A DNA stretch of 64,000 nt, taken from positions 5,100,707-5,164,706 of the forward strand of contig OZ037767.1 of assembly GCA_964035545.1 (NCBI GenBank), read 5' to 3'. Made by a program: the position numbers and the translations under genes. The notes under the pieces were generated by a model. The model was not told the origin of the DNA, made no database searches, and saw only the letters and a list, made by a program, of their open reading frames with translations. Source of the stretch: Bugula neritina (taxonomy: Eukaryota; Animalia; Bryozoa). This document shows positions 12,160 to 25,660 of the stretch, one piece after another. Numbering within the stretch: the first letter of the stretch is position 1; the number at the start of each line of letters is the position of its first letter.

Positions 12160-12891
12160 GTAATAATTTAACTTCCAGAATTTTATTTCACTAATTTTAG
12201 TGCCTGCAGTTTACAGTTAGCAGTTACAAAATAATATTTTCTGAATTTTTTAGTTTATTTTAATAGGAATATTCTTGATATTAGTTTTTTTCACATAGCC
12301 TTTCACCTGCATTTTAAAAAGTAGTTTTATTAGATTTGAACACAAGTTTCATTGGCTTAGAATACCAGTATGTGAAATTGTATTTACTCAACAGCTTATT
12401 TATAATGCTGAAATTAGCTAAATAATTGTCACGGTTTTAATATTTATATTTGAAAAACTACCCTTTTGTTGAGCTAGAAATTCTTAGAAAAACAGTGAAA
12501 AGGCTAATAGCCTAGAGGTTATTGGTAATCTATTATGGCAAGGCATATGTAAATGCGTCTGGCCAAAGATTGCAACAGTGAATACTATATTGGGCCACAA
12601 GTTTATGGCACCTACTTTATTTCCAACATTAAATGCTTGCATGGAAGAACTTTGTTTAAACAGTAAATAATCTGTAATGGGAAAACAATGCAGGTTGTTT
12701 CATTCAAATTTACATTCAATGGTGTCATCATAACATTTACTACAAATAGTAAAACCATTACACAGGTGGATACAACAGATCATTCAAGTATCAAAAAGTT
12801 ATCTGGAGACTTTGGGACGGTTCATTCTGCATGAAAAGTAGTGGTAATCATGAATAATTTACTCTTTCTAGAACATTCCATAACAGGAAGA

Positions 12892-13471
12892 ATGAGGGTC
12901 ATCATCATACTTTGCCTACTCGGACTGAGCTCAGCCATGTTTGTGAAAAGAACAAAGCCCGTCTACTTTACACCTCTGCAACCACACGAATGTCTTTTTG
13001 CTTGCCTCTTCTGCTTTCCGGTAAGTTCCATACTAACCTGTCTAATATTGAGCAAAGTATATATTTTATAGAACACTATAGTGTAGTGATTCTCCAGTAG
13101 CCCTCTTTAGTTTGCAAGTTGGAAGTCTGTGAGTTTGATACCGGGTGGAAGCAGAAGTTTTTACACATCTGTATATATTTAAACATTTCTGTAAGACAAC
13201 TTAGATGCCCCTTGTTGTCACACAACTGTGTTATTTCATCATCTGAAGTTTCCTTGCATGCAGCAACACATTTTACATTGGCAAACTATGGTTTCAGGAA
13301 CCTCAGGCTGAGAACACTTTATTGGACTGCTCTAACAACTTCTGTCTGGAACTGGAGGATCCAGCCGTGAACACCATTACACAGACCAGATCCTGTCAGC
13401 TCTTTAGTGACAGAGAAGCTCTTTATGCTTTAATCAGAGATTTCTATAGTAGCCCAGATGAAACACCATAA
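12892..13471 (+). CDS. Secreted 6-Cys peptide precursor, eclosion hormone-like (100 aa)
   Basis: Exons 12892-13020 and 13298-13471 (phase 0): MRVIIILCLLGLSSA-MFVKR-TKPVYFTPLQPHECLFACLFCFPEPQAENTLLDCSNNFCLELEDPAVNTITQTRSCQLFSDREALYALIRDFYSSPDETP*. Signal peptide, dibasic KR site, C-x3-C-x2-C-x12-C-x4-C-x16-C; AATAAA at 13612. Confidence 0.75.
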
Positions 13472-16400
13472 ACCACACCAAGATATTTCAAATACTATTG
13501 AACTTTATGCTCAGATATGGGTGAATGTTTTGTATGTATTTCTCTTTGCAAATCTTATTAATATAAAGGTGTATGGGTTCTTCTTTATTTGCAGTGTTGT
13601 TACATTTTGCCAATAAACTATTTTAATAATTTAAATGAGGGATTCTTCAGCTACTTCCTGCAAATACAAAACTTTAAAAATCCAAAATAGTTTGCCTATA
13701 ATTCCATAAACACCAGAAAACTGAGAGTAGTATGTAGTAAACATAACACGAAGTTATCTAATGTTTTGGTTAAAAATGCATTTATAACTGCTTCCATTTG
13801 CATGAAAATTAATTTATGCTACAAGATGAAATAACAATTACTTTGTGCGATAACATGAATTTCTACAAAAAGGAATCTTTAAACTTTTTTATCATAAAAA
13901 ACTTGAGACCTGGTTTTTACTTGCTGTAAAAGCATATTGACAAAAGACTAAAGTGTCTAAAAGTAGTACATGTACATTTAACCTCCTACATAATGCATTT
14001 ATAAGACACCGTTATCTTTTAAAACATATTATTTCTGACGCACTTGTATATTTTAACATAAAATTTATTCTGTAATAGTCTCAAACTTCCTGATTGTATA
14101 AAAAGCAGCAGAAAAGCTTTTAGAATGCTTTTAATAATAATTTAAGAATGCACTTTAGTAAGCAATTGTGAGCACATATAATGACCGAGACAATGCATAG
14201 ACTCTTTTCTCCATTGGGATTTGTACGGATAGTACTATGGATTATAAAAACCAAACAGTGATAATTATTTTAAGCATTGCAACTCAAATAAAGTCAATTA
14301 GCTGTTATGTTAATTTACTGCTGCCGTGTTAATAGTGAGAGATATGTTACTTTTAATTGCTTTTACTACGTAAGTTTATTTAGGAATTGTAAAACTAAAG
14401 CTGTTAGTTTCATACAGCGGCATTAGCCTACTTATTCTAAAAGAGATATATTATTGTATTGCGTAGGTTATGGATAGGTTTTAGAAAGGCAGTTAGAAGC
14501 TATAGTAGAGAAACTCATTAATAGCCTTTTAATCATTTACTTCAAATGAAATTAGAGTTACTGTCCATCATTGTTGCTGTTAATGCAGAAGGCCAGTCTT
14601 TTGCATTCAAAAGTGTCATTAGCAAACACTTGAGTGCACTTGCTCACATTTGCTCACTTACTCACAGGTTGAAATTATAACTTAATAATCTTAAATCGTG
14701 TTATGAAACTAATAAATAGGTTGTTGGACTCTGAACGCTGCGTTCCCGACTAAAGGTTATAAAGTGACGCAAGTTCCTGTGGCCAAGTGGCATCTAACAG
14801 ATGATGGTCAGGAATAGCCATACTTGATACAAAATAGATATGAAGCTATGAACCTGTATAAGAAAATGCATTGAGGTGCTTACTGTAATTGTAATATGTA
14901 ATAAACTATTTCAAACGAGTGACACCTTTTGCCAATTGGTTTGTTTTTTAGACAATTTCTCTCTCAGGATATTTTCTTTTCTTCAATTATATATGTATTA
15001 AAAAATAATAAAACAATACAGTAACATTTATATTTATATGCTGAGAGGAAAATATTATTCCTTTAACATGGCAAATCCAGTTAATTATTTACATACAATT
15101 GTTCATCACTCCAATACTCAGCGTATGAACAAGTTTATTCTATGGATCTGAACTTGTCCAAGCTCAACAACATGTGGTATATAATGTCATTATATTTTGA
15201 GACACAATAGGATGCTGCAGGGACAAAAAATAACGCACCAGGCAGCTGTCCAGAAAAATAAATTTAAATTGTTCCATTTAGCTTCCTGGACAGAGTAGAG
15301 CAAATGGAATTAAAAATGAATGATATTAACTTTCCGATACACCAAAATAAAAAATACCAATAAACGTTATATTGATGTGTATAATAGTAATAATATTCCT
15401 ATCATCAAATATAGTTTAGAAATCTATGCTTTGCTCAGTGTAAAAATGTGTTGCCGTCATCGCAGAAAAAGTTTGATAGGAAGGAAATTATTAGCAGTGC
15501 CAAAATTCTTAGAAACAATAATAAGCAGACGCAAAAAATAAAATGCGTCGCGTCTTGGTTATTTATTGTCATCAAACTCTTTTCCCAAATAAACAGCACT
15601 CAATTCAACATTTTATATATAAATACATGTTTGTGTATATAAAATATTTGCAACTGTTTGAAAGAGTAGCTTTTGGCTACTGGGTTTACATCTGACATTG
15701 AAAGAACCATGTGACGCCAATCTGGCTGGTTGAGTTCCTTGAAAAGCAGTTGAAGTAACCAATGCGCATTCTTCCCCCAGTTGTTTTGTCAGCGCATGGT
15801 TATTGCAAGAGCAGTGAAGTCAGGTGCTAGAAATAACAATCATTATACAGTGTACAAAGAATTGCACTTGATAATTGTGGAAAGCAGTATAAAATAAAAT
15901 TTTTGAATAATCAAATATAAACAAACAAAAATAGTAAATGCAAGCAATTTTTGTATATATAGGATACTGCTGAATGCAACCACAAGGTATGACATGTACT
16001 TTCAAGGATTTACATGAAACACAATTAAAAAACAATGGGGGGGGGGCTATGTCAAGTATCTATATATATAATTTTAAATTTTTATTTTATCAATAACTAT
16101 AGGCTGAAATAGCAACCTATATCAAATAATTACTAGCATCTACAAATAATAACGATGAATTGAATGTTATCAAAAAAACTATTCTAGATTGGATTAAATA
16201 ATGACAGCTTGATAATAATCAAGCTTTGTTAAGTGTTGTTACATGCATCTATATGGCCTTGAAGGATAGTGTTCAGTAAAACAAAACAGCTAGGCTATGG
16301 CAGTATTTTTACATACAGAGGCTCTGGTTAAAGTGGTTTTTAAATAAAGTTAACAAGTGTAGTATCACAGTATGTCAAAGGCGAAATAGGTATTGGTAGC

Positions 16401-18792
16401 CGCAGTTCTATCACATATTTGTTGCATGAGAGATAGTCCTCTTGCAAAATCAAACTATCCCGCCCCCAACCTAAACGGAAACTAAAAATTATAAACCCAG
16501 GCTAGGCAAAAACCTAAAAAACTGTACCTATAAGTGAAATAATTTTGTATATTTAAATATGTCATTAGAAAGTTATTATCTTTGTATTCAATTATACAAA
16601 AGGAATAAAATGATTAGAAAATATTATTTATTAGCTTGGAATTAATATATTATTATGAGATTCATGTCAAAATTCTCAATTGAAATCAAACACATTATAC
16701 GGCAGCTTATGCACCTATAGATACTAAATCTGTTGAAATAGAGGGAAGTACAGCATATAACTTAAACAACTTGGACTAGTTCTTCAGCTGCTGCTGCTAA
16801 TTATATTGTTTGAAATGGCTTTTCTCTTATAAAATGCTGCAGTAAAAACAGATGAAACAAATTTAGAGATAAAAGATAACACCAGACATTGCTCTAGATT
16901 CTAGAATTAACTGTTGTGTCGGTATATTCATAAACATCTTTTCGATTTTTCTGTAGGCGCTGAAACTTTCTCAATGCCATTTCCACATCAAAATCTCTTG
17001 CAACTAACATTATTTGTACTTTAATTTTTTTGACGTTGAATTTACTCTACCCAAGTAGTTGGTCACTGGTCCACCATATTATTTTGAAAAAGGAAAATTA
17101 TCATAGCTAATGGGCTTTCTCACATGAGTCATCATGACCAGATGAAAGGAATTTTGGTGATGCTGTATATTTTTCCCTTGGCAGCTTTCGCAGCCAATAA
17201 CATTGTTCTACTGTCATTAAAACACCTAATAAGACTGACACAAGGCTGCAGGTGCTACTCTTATACTTGGTTGTAGCATCTTGCTGGACACATTATATTC
17301 CACAGAACATCTGCAGAGCATAGAGTGCATTATGCAGCCTCATAAACTTAATATAGTGACATCTTAATAAAACACAGTCATGTGTTAAAGCTTAAAAATT
17401 TGTAATCTTTGGCTTATTTTACTTATTTCACTTCCATAGTCTAAATTCTTTCAATTTTCAGAAAAATTGTAATAAGGGCGTCAGATGGACCCATTAAAAA
17501 TTAATTTTATGCTCGACTTTTTACAAAGCCACAAACTCCTTAAAGCTTCTTGACTGTTTTTTTGTGGAATAATTATTAAAGCTTTAGTTTTGCTTAACTT
17601 TGATATTTTTGATATATAACTTTTATACTTTAGGACATGTCTAGAGCATTAAAGCTAATTAATATTTATTGCTATGTTTATTTTTAGAGAAAAGAATTTG
17701 CAAATACGACACATTTAGATTCTAACTTTGATATATATATATATTGAACATATATGTGTATATTGTTATTAAGTATGAAATTATGGCTATGGTACATAGA
17801 TGAATTACTGTAATTATTATGTCACTGTTCCAATAAGAATAATGATTTCGGTAGAACTTTACATATTCATTGATTGAGCGCTTTAAACAATTATTATATT
17901 TTCAATATATTATAATGCATGTTATATGTTCATATCTGAATTCTTTTGTAGCTTACTGGCACATGTCATAGCATTACAACAATCCCACAGAATATTACTG
18001 CTCCAAACAGGCTTCGTGATAAAGTGAGCGGTGTTACTTTATTTAGCATGCAATCAACATTTGTGTTAGTGAATTATATTCCACCCAACATGTACTACAC
18101 ACACATTAAAAAAACCTTTGCTATTTACAACTGTTTGCCTTTCAAATGATACGCATTTAAATACAATAATTTATCACGCATTTTAAAGAAAAATAACTAA
18201 TTTAAAATGCAGTATTTCATAGTCAGATGATTGAACCACCTCCAAGCCATAGAAAAGTCTTTTCAAGGTTATGAAGAATAACTCCTAGAATTAGCAGTTT
18301 GAAAACAACCGTCTTTAATGACATCACCAGAAACTTTATTCATATGGCCGTTTTTTGACTGCAGGTAGTCATATATAAAGCTGCAAAAATGAAATCAAGA
18401 TGGCTATTTATGGGCATACTTTTGTCCACAAAAATTGCTATCTAACTAAGTTGACTCATAAAAAATAATTTACATTGCAATTAATATTTAGATAAAAGAC
18501 ATGCAAAAACCATGGTGTGCGAAAAGAATTTCACCATCCGACTCCCTGGTGTGTTGTTTTTGGCAGCGTTCAAAATGTCAGAAGTTCAATGTCAATTACA
18601 ACAGATGATAATTAGCTAGAACAATAAATATTACCTTCATTATGCTGTTTTGATAGCTCAAATGAAATGTACTTATTATTTTATCAGAAGTTTTGTCAAA
18701 GGTCATGCGAATTTATGAGTTTACAGAATTTCACTGATGACTCAATAGAGAACTAAAAAGTTTGCTTGGAGTTTCTCTATAACTTGTTAAGG

Positions 18793-19008
18793 GAGTAGCC
18801 TAGGTCTAGGGGTTAGAGCGTTTCCCTAGTAAGCACGAAGTAATGGGTTCAAACCCCAGTAAAGGCCATTAGTGATGTTAGGAAGAGCATCCAGTCATAA
18901 TTGCTCCTGTGCCTCATCCTAATAAGTCCTTAGCCCGATTTAACAAAAACCCTTTCCATCAGGAATTTCTCACAGGGATGACGGCTATAAACTTGCGCGA
19001 GTTTTTTT
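18793..19008 (+). mobile_element. tRNA-headed SINE family B copy 1
   Basis: A-box-like AGGTCTAGGGG and B-box GGTTCAAACCC (18846-18856), about 215 bp with a T-rich tail; colinear and highly similar to 43611-43829. Confidence 0.85.
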
Positions 19009-21935
19009 CTCTATATCACTTGTTGAATTTGCACTATATTAATTAAAATTTTCAACAATTTTCTGGGTTTTTTTGCACATTAGCAAATGGTTGCAATTGA
19101 ATTTGTTGCTCATATATTAAAATAGAGTGATTTAATTGCTTTTATTGCTATAATTTAGAGCGGAAGTAAACAGTGTCAAATTTCTGCCTCTTCAGTTAGT
19201 GATACTCTCTATTATGCACAAAAATAACCTAATTTGTCTCTTTTGGTAGGTCATTAGCACCGGACATATTGAAGGCCCAATGACCACATATTGATGACCA
19301 TATATGTGCATGTGGAGTGACCAGAAATATGTATATATTATTATGATATAACACAGCTTGAACTACAGTGGTCGCCCCCCTTACATGGTCAACATCCATT
19401 CAAATAGTCTCAAGTACTATGGCATAATTACCACTCTCCCTTGTGAGCTCAGCTATTGTGACTTAATATACGTAATCATGTTACTATATGCACTGAAATG
19501 CTATGCCTCACTTTACAAACTGTTTCAACTCCTTAAATATGCAGGGGAAGTAACTCCCTATGCTTAATGATACGTCAAGAGTCTCTTGGGTTTATAGCGT
19601 TTCCTGTGGCTTTCGGTTCAGTTGCTCATTACGTACCACTAATTCAGTCTAAAAATCTGATTGCAATAATCGTTTGTGTAACTCAACTGAACTGTAAATA
19701 AAAAGTTGTGGGTGATATTTCTGCAGCCTTACAGCTACCCCATTAAGGTGTATAACAGGAATACATGGTGACAAGTCTGAGTTAGTGAAGCGTGTATAGC
19801 TAAACTTAATAGACCTTGATGTAAGTCTCATGTCTGAGTGATCCACCTCTTATGGGTAAGCAATATAAACACACTCGCACACAAACACACACATTAAAAA
19901 TAAATAAACAAGAAACATTTTTTACTACTTTGATAATCTAAATAAATAAATGAAACAAACTTATGTTATACTAAAAAGTTGCACACTTTTGTAGCGATAA
20001 TTTAGGAGTTGTATTCTCATGAATTATTATATAAAACTTCTCAATTTAAAATTTTTGGTTTAATAGTTTAGAAATTATAATAATGAAATTACTGAGAGCT
20101 TGATGGTTAGCATTTATATATTGCACCTTTAGATTTCTGCTGTTACATTAAACTTGAGTGAATTTGGTAACAGCTTGAAGTATGAATAAGTAACTTTTTA
20201 ATTGATTAATAAATTAATACAGCTGTTTTTAATTACTCTTAATTACTCAAAAAACTTCTAAAAATAAAACTCGATGACAAAATTGTTAGTTTCTGCCATG
20301 CTGAAAGTTTCATGGTCAAAATACAAGCAAAACAAACAGTGGCTAGCACCAAGAGCCACTATATAGGAAAATAACAGTATGCAAAGAACAGGTAAACATA
20401 GACTTTTGTTTTCAAGAAATAAGGGTTAAGCAACTCCTTATTGCCTCTGAACTAAAACAAGTGGATGTATTTTTACCTAGCCAAGTACCTATACTCTACT
20501 GCAACTCAAGGAGCTCGTAACTGTTTAGAGTTTAGACAGCTATAAATTACTTAATTACTTGCAGGGATAGACTTTACAATTGATCTTTTCGGTTGCTTCC
20601 AGAAAAAACTCTCTATGCCATCAGCTATAAAACAGAGGTCAACCGCTTCATTGGCTGTTATAAATTAATCCAACTTCCACTGTTGCTATTTTTAGAGTCT
20701 TCAGACTATTATTGAACATTTGAAATGTCAAAAATTGTTATTCTACTTATACTGCAGATAATGAGCTGTCATAAAATTGCCAGTTATGGATGCCATACTC
20801 AGCAAGAGGCAACAACTCTGCTATTATTTGCTGCTTACACTCAACCAGACAGAACACATTAGAAGTGTTGCAACTCGGACCATAAAATTAGCCTCCTGCA
20901 ACCCTTTAGAGTTTGGCACAATGTTGAAGCTAAACGGCAGCTATATTCTTATGTAAAGTTACATTGTAAATTACGGTATTAATTGCTTAGCAAATAGACT
21001 GTGGAACCTATGTGCACTGGGTGTATAGACTGAGTGATATAATGATTATTTTATCTGAAGACTTGAATACAGACTCAAGCAGACTTAAGTAGCAGCTGCA
21101 ACAACACAGTTGAAAATGAAATAAATCAGGAAAATTTGTTATAGAAATTGTCCTTTATGTAAGTTAATGTGAGATGTTTCTTTATAAATATTAGAGAGAA
21201 AGCAACTTCCTAATACCAGTCATTTATTACTTATTACAGCTGAAATTTGCAAAGAAAACTTGCATTTATTGCCATCCAATAATTAGCTAACTTATAGAAT
21301 TTATAACAGTCGTATGTATCATAAAAATTTGCAAACAATTTGTTTTGGTGTAAAATCCAGTACTTGTTCTCTCAGTCATTACCAATTAGAAAACTTTGAG
21401 TTTTTTAAACAGATAGCATTCACCAACAAATGCTAATCGAAGCTTACTTTTCTGTACATAACATACTAGTAGATCGCTATCTTCCCCACCCCAAACATTG
21501 GGTATACACGTTATAAATTTTGCACTATAGTTTGTAGTCTGAGATTTTGACTTTTTGGCGGGCTGCAAGTTTCCATCTTTTACTTTCTTATTCTTCGATT
21601 GGATGTGAATTAGATAATTTAAAAGCTGTTCATTGGAGATCACATTCATTTCAATTACACTTTCATAATACTTAAATCTTCCATTATCAGACACCATTAC
21701 ATACATAAGTGATGGGCTAATCTTTCCACCGATTGACAAAACTTCAGAGTGAATGTTTTACACAATATTATCTGCCAAGTGCCATCAAATGATAATTAGG
21801 TTTTCATTAAATCATTTATTTGATTTTTAAAGTAATCAGTTGAGATAAAAGTAGTAAAATTAGAGTATTAAAATTATTAGAGTTCAATAAAAAGGAAATA
21901 TACAAATCATGCATACAATTGGCAAAATGGCATGT

Positions 21936-24900
21936 TTATTTAGGGAGACCGGCAGCAATGCTGCTCTCAATGCCACATTCATCTTGTCCTCTCATAATCT
22001 TGAAGTATCCACTTGCTCCCCAGTCGTTGTTCCACGAGTTGGCTACGAGCCAGTAAGGGGTGTCGTTCTCCGTGCCCCAACCCAAGATACGGATGGCATG
22101 GCCTCCGAGTTCACCTCCAGTTTCATGTTGGTAAACTCCTGCAATATGTCATTTAAAACTGAAAACCCGGATTTAACTCCAATAAAAGCGAAGAATAATA
22201 TTTATTGGACTTGCATCAGAAAATATTTGTAAAGTGGAAATAAATTCCATCATATAGGAGGGCAAACAGATCAGTATGTTAGGCTAAATGATGATTTTGA
22301 ATACTTTTTTCGTCTTTTTACACCCGGAAGACGTCTTTGCAAAACACTAAATTGGTCAAACAAAAATGGCAGATGCCCGGAAAAATTAAGCAAAGTAAAA
22401 TTGACCCACACCGATAGGATGCATATAATAATGCACAATTTGAGCTGTGTTTGACAAATTCAATGCTGGAAAATGTAAAAGATAACTTCTTTATAACTCA
22501 CAAACCAAACCCATGTTACTGCAATTTTAAAGTTTCATATAAAATGCCCCATCAGTTAAAACTGCATCAAAAATCAACCAGCAGTTAATCTGTAAACCGA
22601 TTTACAATAAAACATGTGAAAGACAACTCCTACGAATTCCTACCAGATTTGTAGCTGGGGAAGTCAGCATAGACGGTGAAAGCGCCCTCTACTGGACCAT
22701 GAGTCATGATTTCCTTCTGAATCTGCTCGACCTCGCTGCTGACAGAGTACGCTGTCTTACCGTAATGTTTGTCCTCCTGGAAACAGCAAAGATGAATAAA
22801 TGGCTAGCATTCCTCAGTGCAAATCAACCCCACGGCACATTAGACGTATGTGCGTATATATATTGTATCATATGTACTAAAGAGAATATATAACGCAATG
22901 GTATCATATATTATCAAGAGCATACATATAATGCAATGGTATTACACATTGTAAAGTATAAGTATAAATCTAATTTTCGGAGCTGAAACACACCAAAACC
23001 TTAGTATACAGTTGGTGAATTTAGCATGTAGTCTAACAGCTAATCGGAAAGTTAAACAGCAATAAAACATTAATTTAACTGACATGCTTGCTATGAGCAG
23101 AATACTAACTAAATAAATAATATAAACAATGCCTTTATTATTATTCTAATTCAACAAATAACATCAAGTATTAGTAACTTATTAAATAACATTAGGTACA
23201 TGCAACATTTATGTAACGGATGGACACAATTATTAATGAGAATATAATGACTGACTAACAGAACATTTATCAAGTTACTGTTTTGACATCGTTGGCATTG
23301 TACATATTAGGAATAACTTTACCAAATGTAATGCTTACAGTGTATGAAGTGGTGTAGGAGGATTCGCACTGTTTGCTACATTTGGGGGTGTGTTCATCTC
23401 CAGAGCAGGGCTGTCTGGTGCCATTCACGTGGTGCTCACACGGCTTCACCTCGTAGGGTTGGCACCCCTATGAGTATGAAACATGATCCATGAAATAAAA
23501 CTCAAATAATTTACATTATCTTACAGAAAACAACCGCATTCTTGCTCAGGCAGCTGCACATGAAACCATGACATGAGCAAACAGAATTTCTGCAAAACAC
23601 CTGGACCAGCCAGATTGTGCAGGCACTCAAATTTGATGTTTGTTTTAAGATAAAATTTCATAATGGGAGTCACGAGAGCAGCGATTATTCACTGATAGTG
23701 AAATCACAAAGGGGGCGTGAGCTTCATCTGTGATCAACTGAACTCGCACATGATCATCACATGACATGGGAGATAGCATGTGCATGCTGATTGTTTACTA
23801 ACTGCATGAACTCCTCAGTGATTAAATACAGTCACACTACATTATAAAGGTCACATGAGTTAGTTTAATAAAGGAGCTGAATCATCTGACCTCCACTTCG
23901 ACACACATTCATCACATCAATAGTTAATAGTATAATAATACTCAATACTTAATAGTCAATAGTTAATAGTATAACAGTCAATAGTACACTAGTCCATAAT
24001 TAATAGACAAATAGTCAATAGTTATGACTCACCAGGTTGGATCCGTAAGGACCTCCAGTTACCAGACCACTTCTCTTGAACCAACTCCATGCAGATGAAG
24101 GGTATCCCCCTAGTGAAATAATTAACATGAGAACATAACTCTTGATGATACATGATAAGTGTGTTAAGTCTTGGTGAAGCATGATATCTATTTGATCACA
24201 ACACCATCACTAGAAAGAGTTGATAGTGAAACTCGAAAAACTCATGCCGAGCGAATTACATGACTCGTACCACCTAAACTTATCAAGGTACGATATTTCT
24301 AGCAATAAGTTCCAGTCTACTCTACAAAGTAGTTTTCCAGTAGCTTGTCAAAAATATTGTTCAACTAAAATGAGTTGTTTATTTTATAGTTGAGAATTGA
24401 ATATTTAGTAGGATAAATTATGTTTTAAGTTTTTGTAATGCTTTCTTGACTAGATTACAGCATTTCAATTTTCTACAATTTACGACAAAATAAACTAGTT
24501 CCTAGTTTTAGAAGTAAGTATTCTGACTCACCGTTACATCCCATTCCACAGGACCAACAGCAAGACAGTAAGTTCTCAGCAGAGATGCTAGGCTGCATTT
24601 CTCCATTACTTGAGATGCATATTCTGTCAGACATGGCTTCCACAGCTCCAAATGCCCAGCAAGAGCCACAGTTTCCCTGGTCTCTAATGGTGCTGTAAGC
24701 AAATAACATTGCAACTACCCACAACTGTCTACTTAACGAGAACTGTAGAGTTACAAACTTAGAGACTTATTCAATTTCATTTATTTAATTTACACTCAAA
24801 CTCCATGTTTGTGAGACAATAGCTTGCCTGAAACTAATAGGTTAATTTGATAGTTGAATTTATACAATTGAACCAATGTTGCTCAAAATTAAATTTAATG

Positions 24901-25553
24901 CCGTGCCAATGAAAAATAGGCCTTCATTTTTATAATTATTAATTATAATTAAATTGAAATCAAACATTATTTCATCTAAATCAATATTGTTTAATTTGAA
25001 AATGATTAATACTACAACTACAAGTGCAATTTAGTATTTACTAGCTAGTAGCACTGAAACTTGTAGTTTCACCGTATACTTAGTGCTTAGTGGCTATATA
25101 CTAGTAACTATTACTAGTACTAATGTACTACTAATGCTAGTAGTAGTACTAGTAGTAACTAGAAGTAGTACGACACTACTTGCTACTAGTAGTAGTACTA
25201 GTACTGGTAGTTGTAGTGTTACTGTTAGGTACATACCTTATGCTTTTACATTTCGGCCACTGTTTACGAGCATCAAACTCATCTGGAATGTCTCCTTCAG
25301 TGATAACATGGGGCTCTCTGAAGGGCAGCTTGAAACCATTTGGATCTTCGAGCACACCGCACATTCTTTTAAGCCCGGCTGTGGTCATTCCATGCTTCTC
25401 AAAATTCTTTCCAGCAACCCAAGTGGTATGTCCTTGCTTGTGGAGATTGTTGATGTGTGTAATCAAGTCATCAGATAATGGCTGATGATTGAAGTAGTAT
25501 TTTCTGCCATAGGCAACAGCTACGAAAAGAAGAACTGCTAGTAGCTTGTACAT
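21936..25553 (-). CDS. CTSB: Cathepsin B (339 aa)
   Basis: Exons 25553-25237, 24692-24532, 24109-24033, 23467-23339, 22776-22644, 22138-21936. Signal peptide, propeptide, [10 protein letters not shown] (catalytic Cys), occluding-loop [15 protein letters not shown] (His) and WLVANSWN (Asn). Confidence 0.97.
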
Positions 25554-25623
25554 TTTGACTTCCTCAATACTCACAACAAAATGAATTGTTCAGTTCCGTT
25601 TTGTTTTTATGAAGAAAAAAGCT

Positions 25624-25660
25624 ATCATATGACTAGCGATGGTCATGTGATACTCACGTG
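25624..25660. promoter_or_regulatory. Cluster of CLEAR/M-box-like E-boxes upstream of cathepsin B
   Basis: TCATATGA, GTCATGTGA and TCACGTG lie within 37 bp, about 70-110 bp upstream of the ATG. MiT/TFE factors are known to bind TCAYRTGA-type boxes in lysosomal gene promoters. Confidence 0.55.

Noticed and set aside
15560-19830. Chains of exon-like blocks on both strands between the EH-like gene and cathepsin B
   Set aside because: Splice-like signals exist but no phase-consistent ORF or recognisable homology; cannot be told from chance without RNA data.
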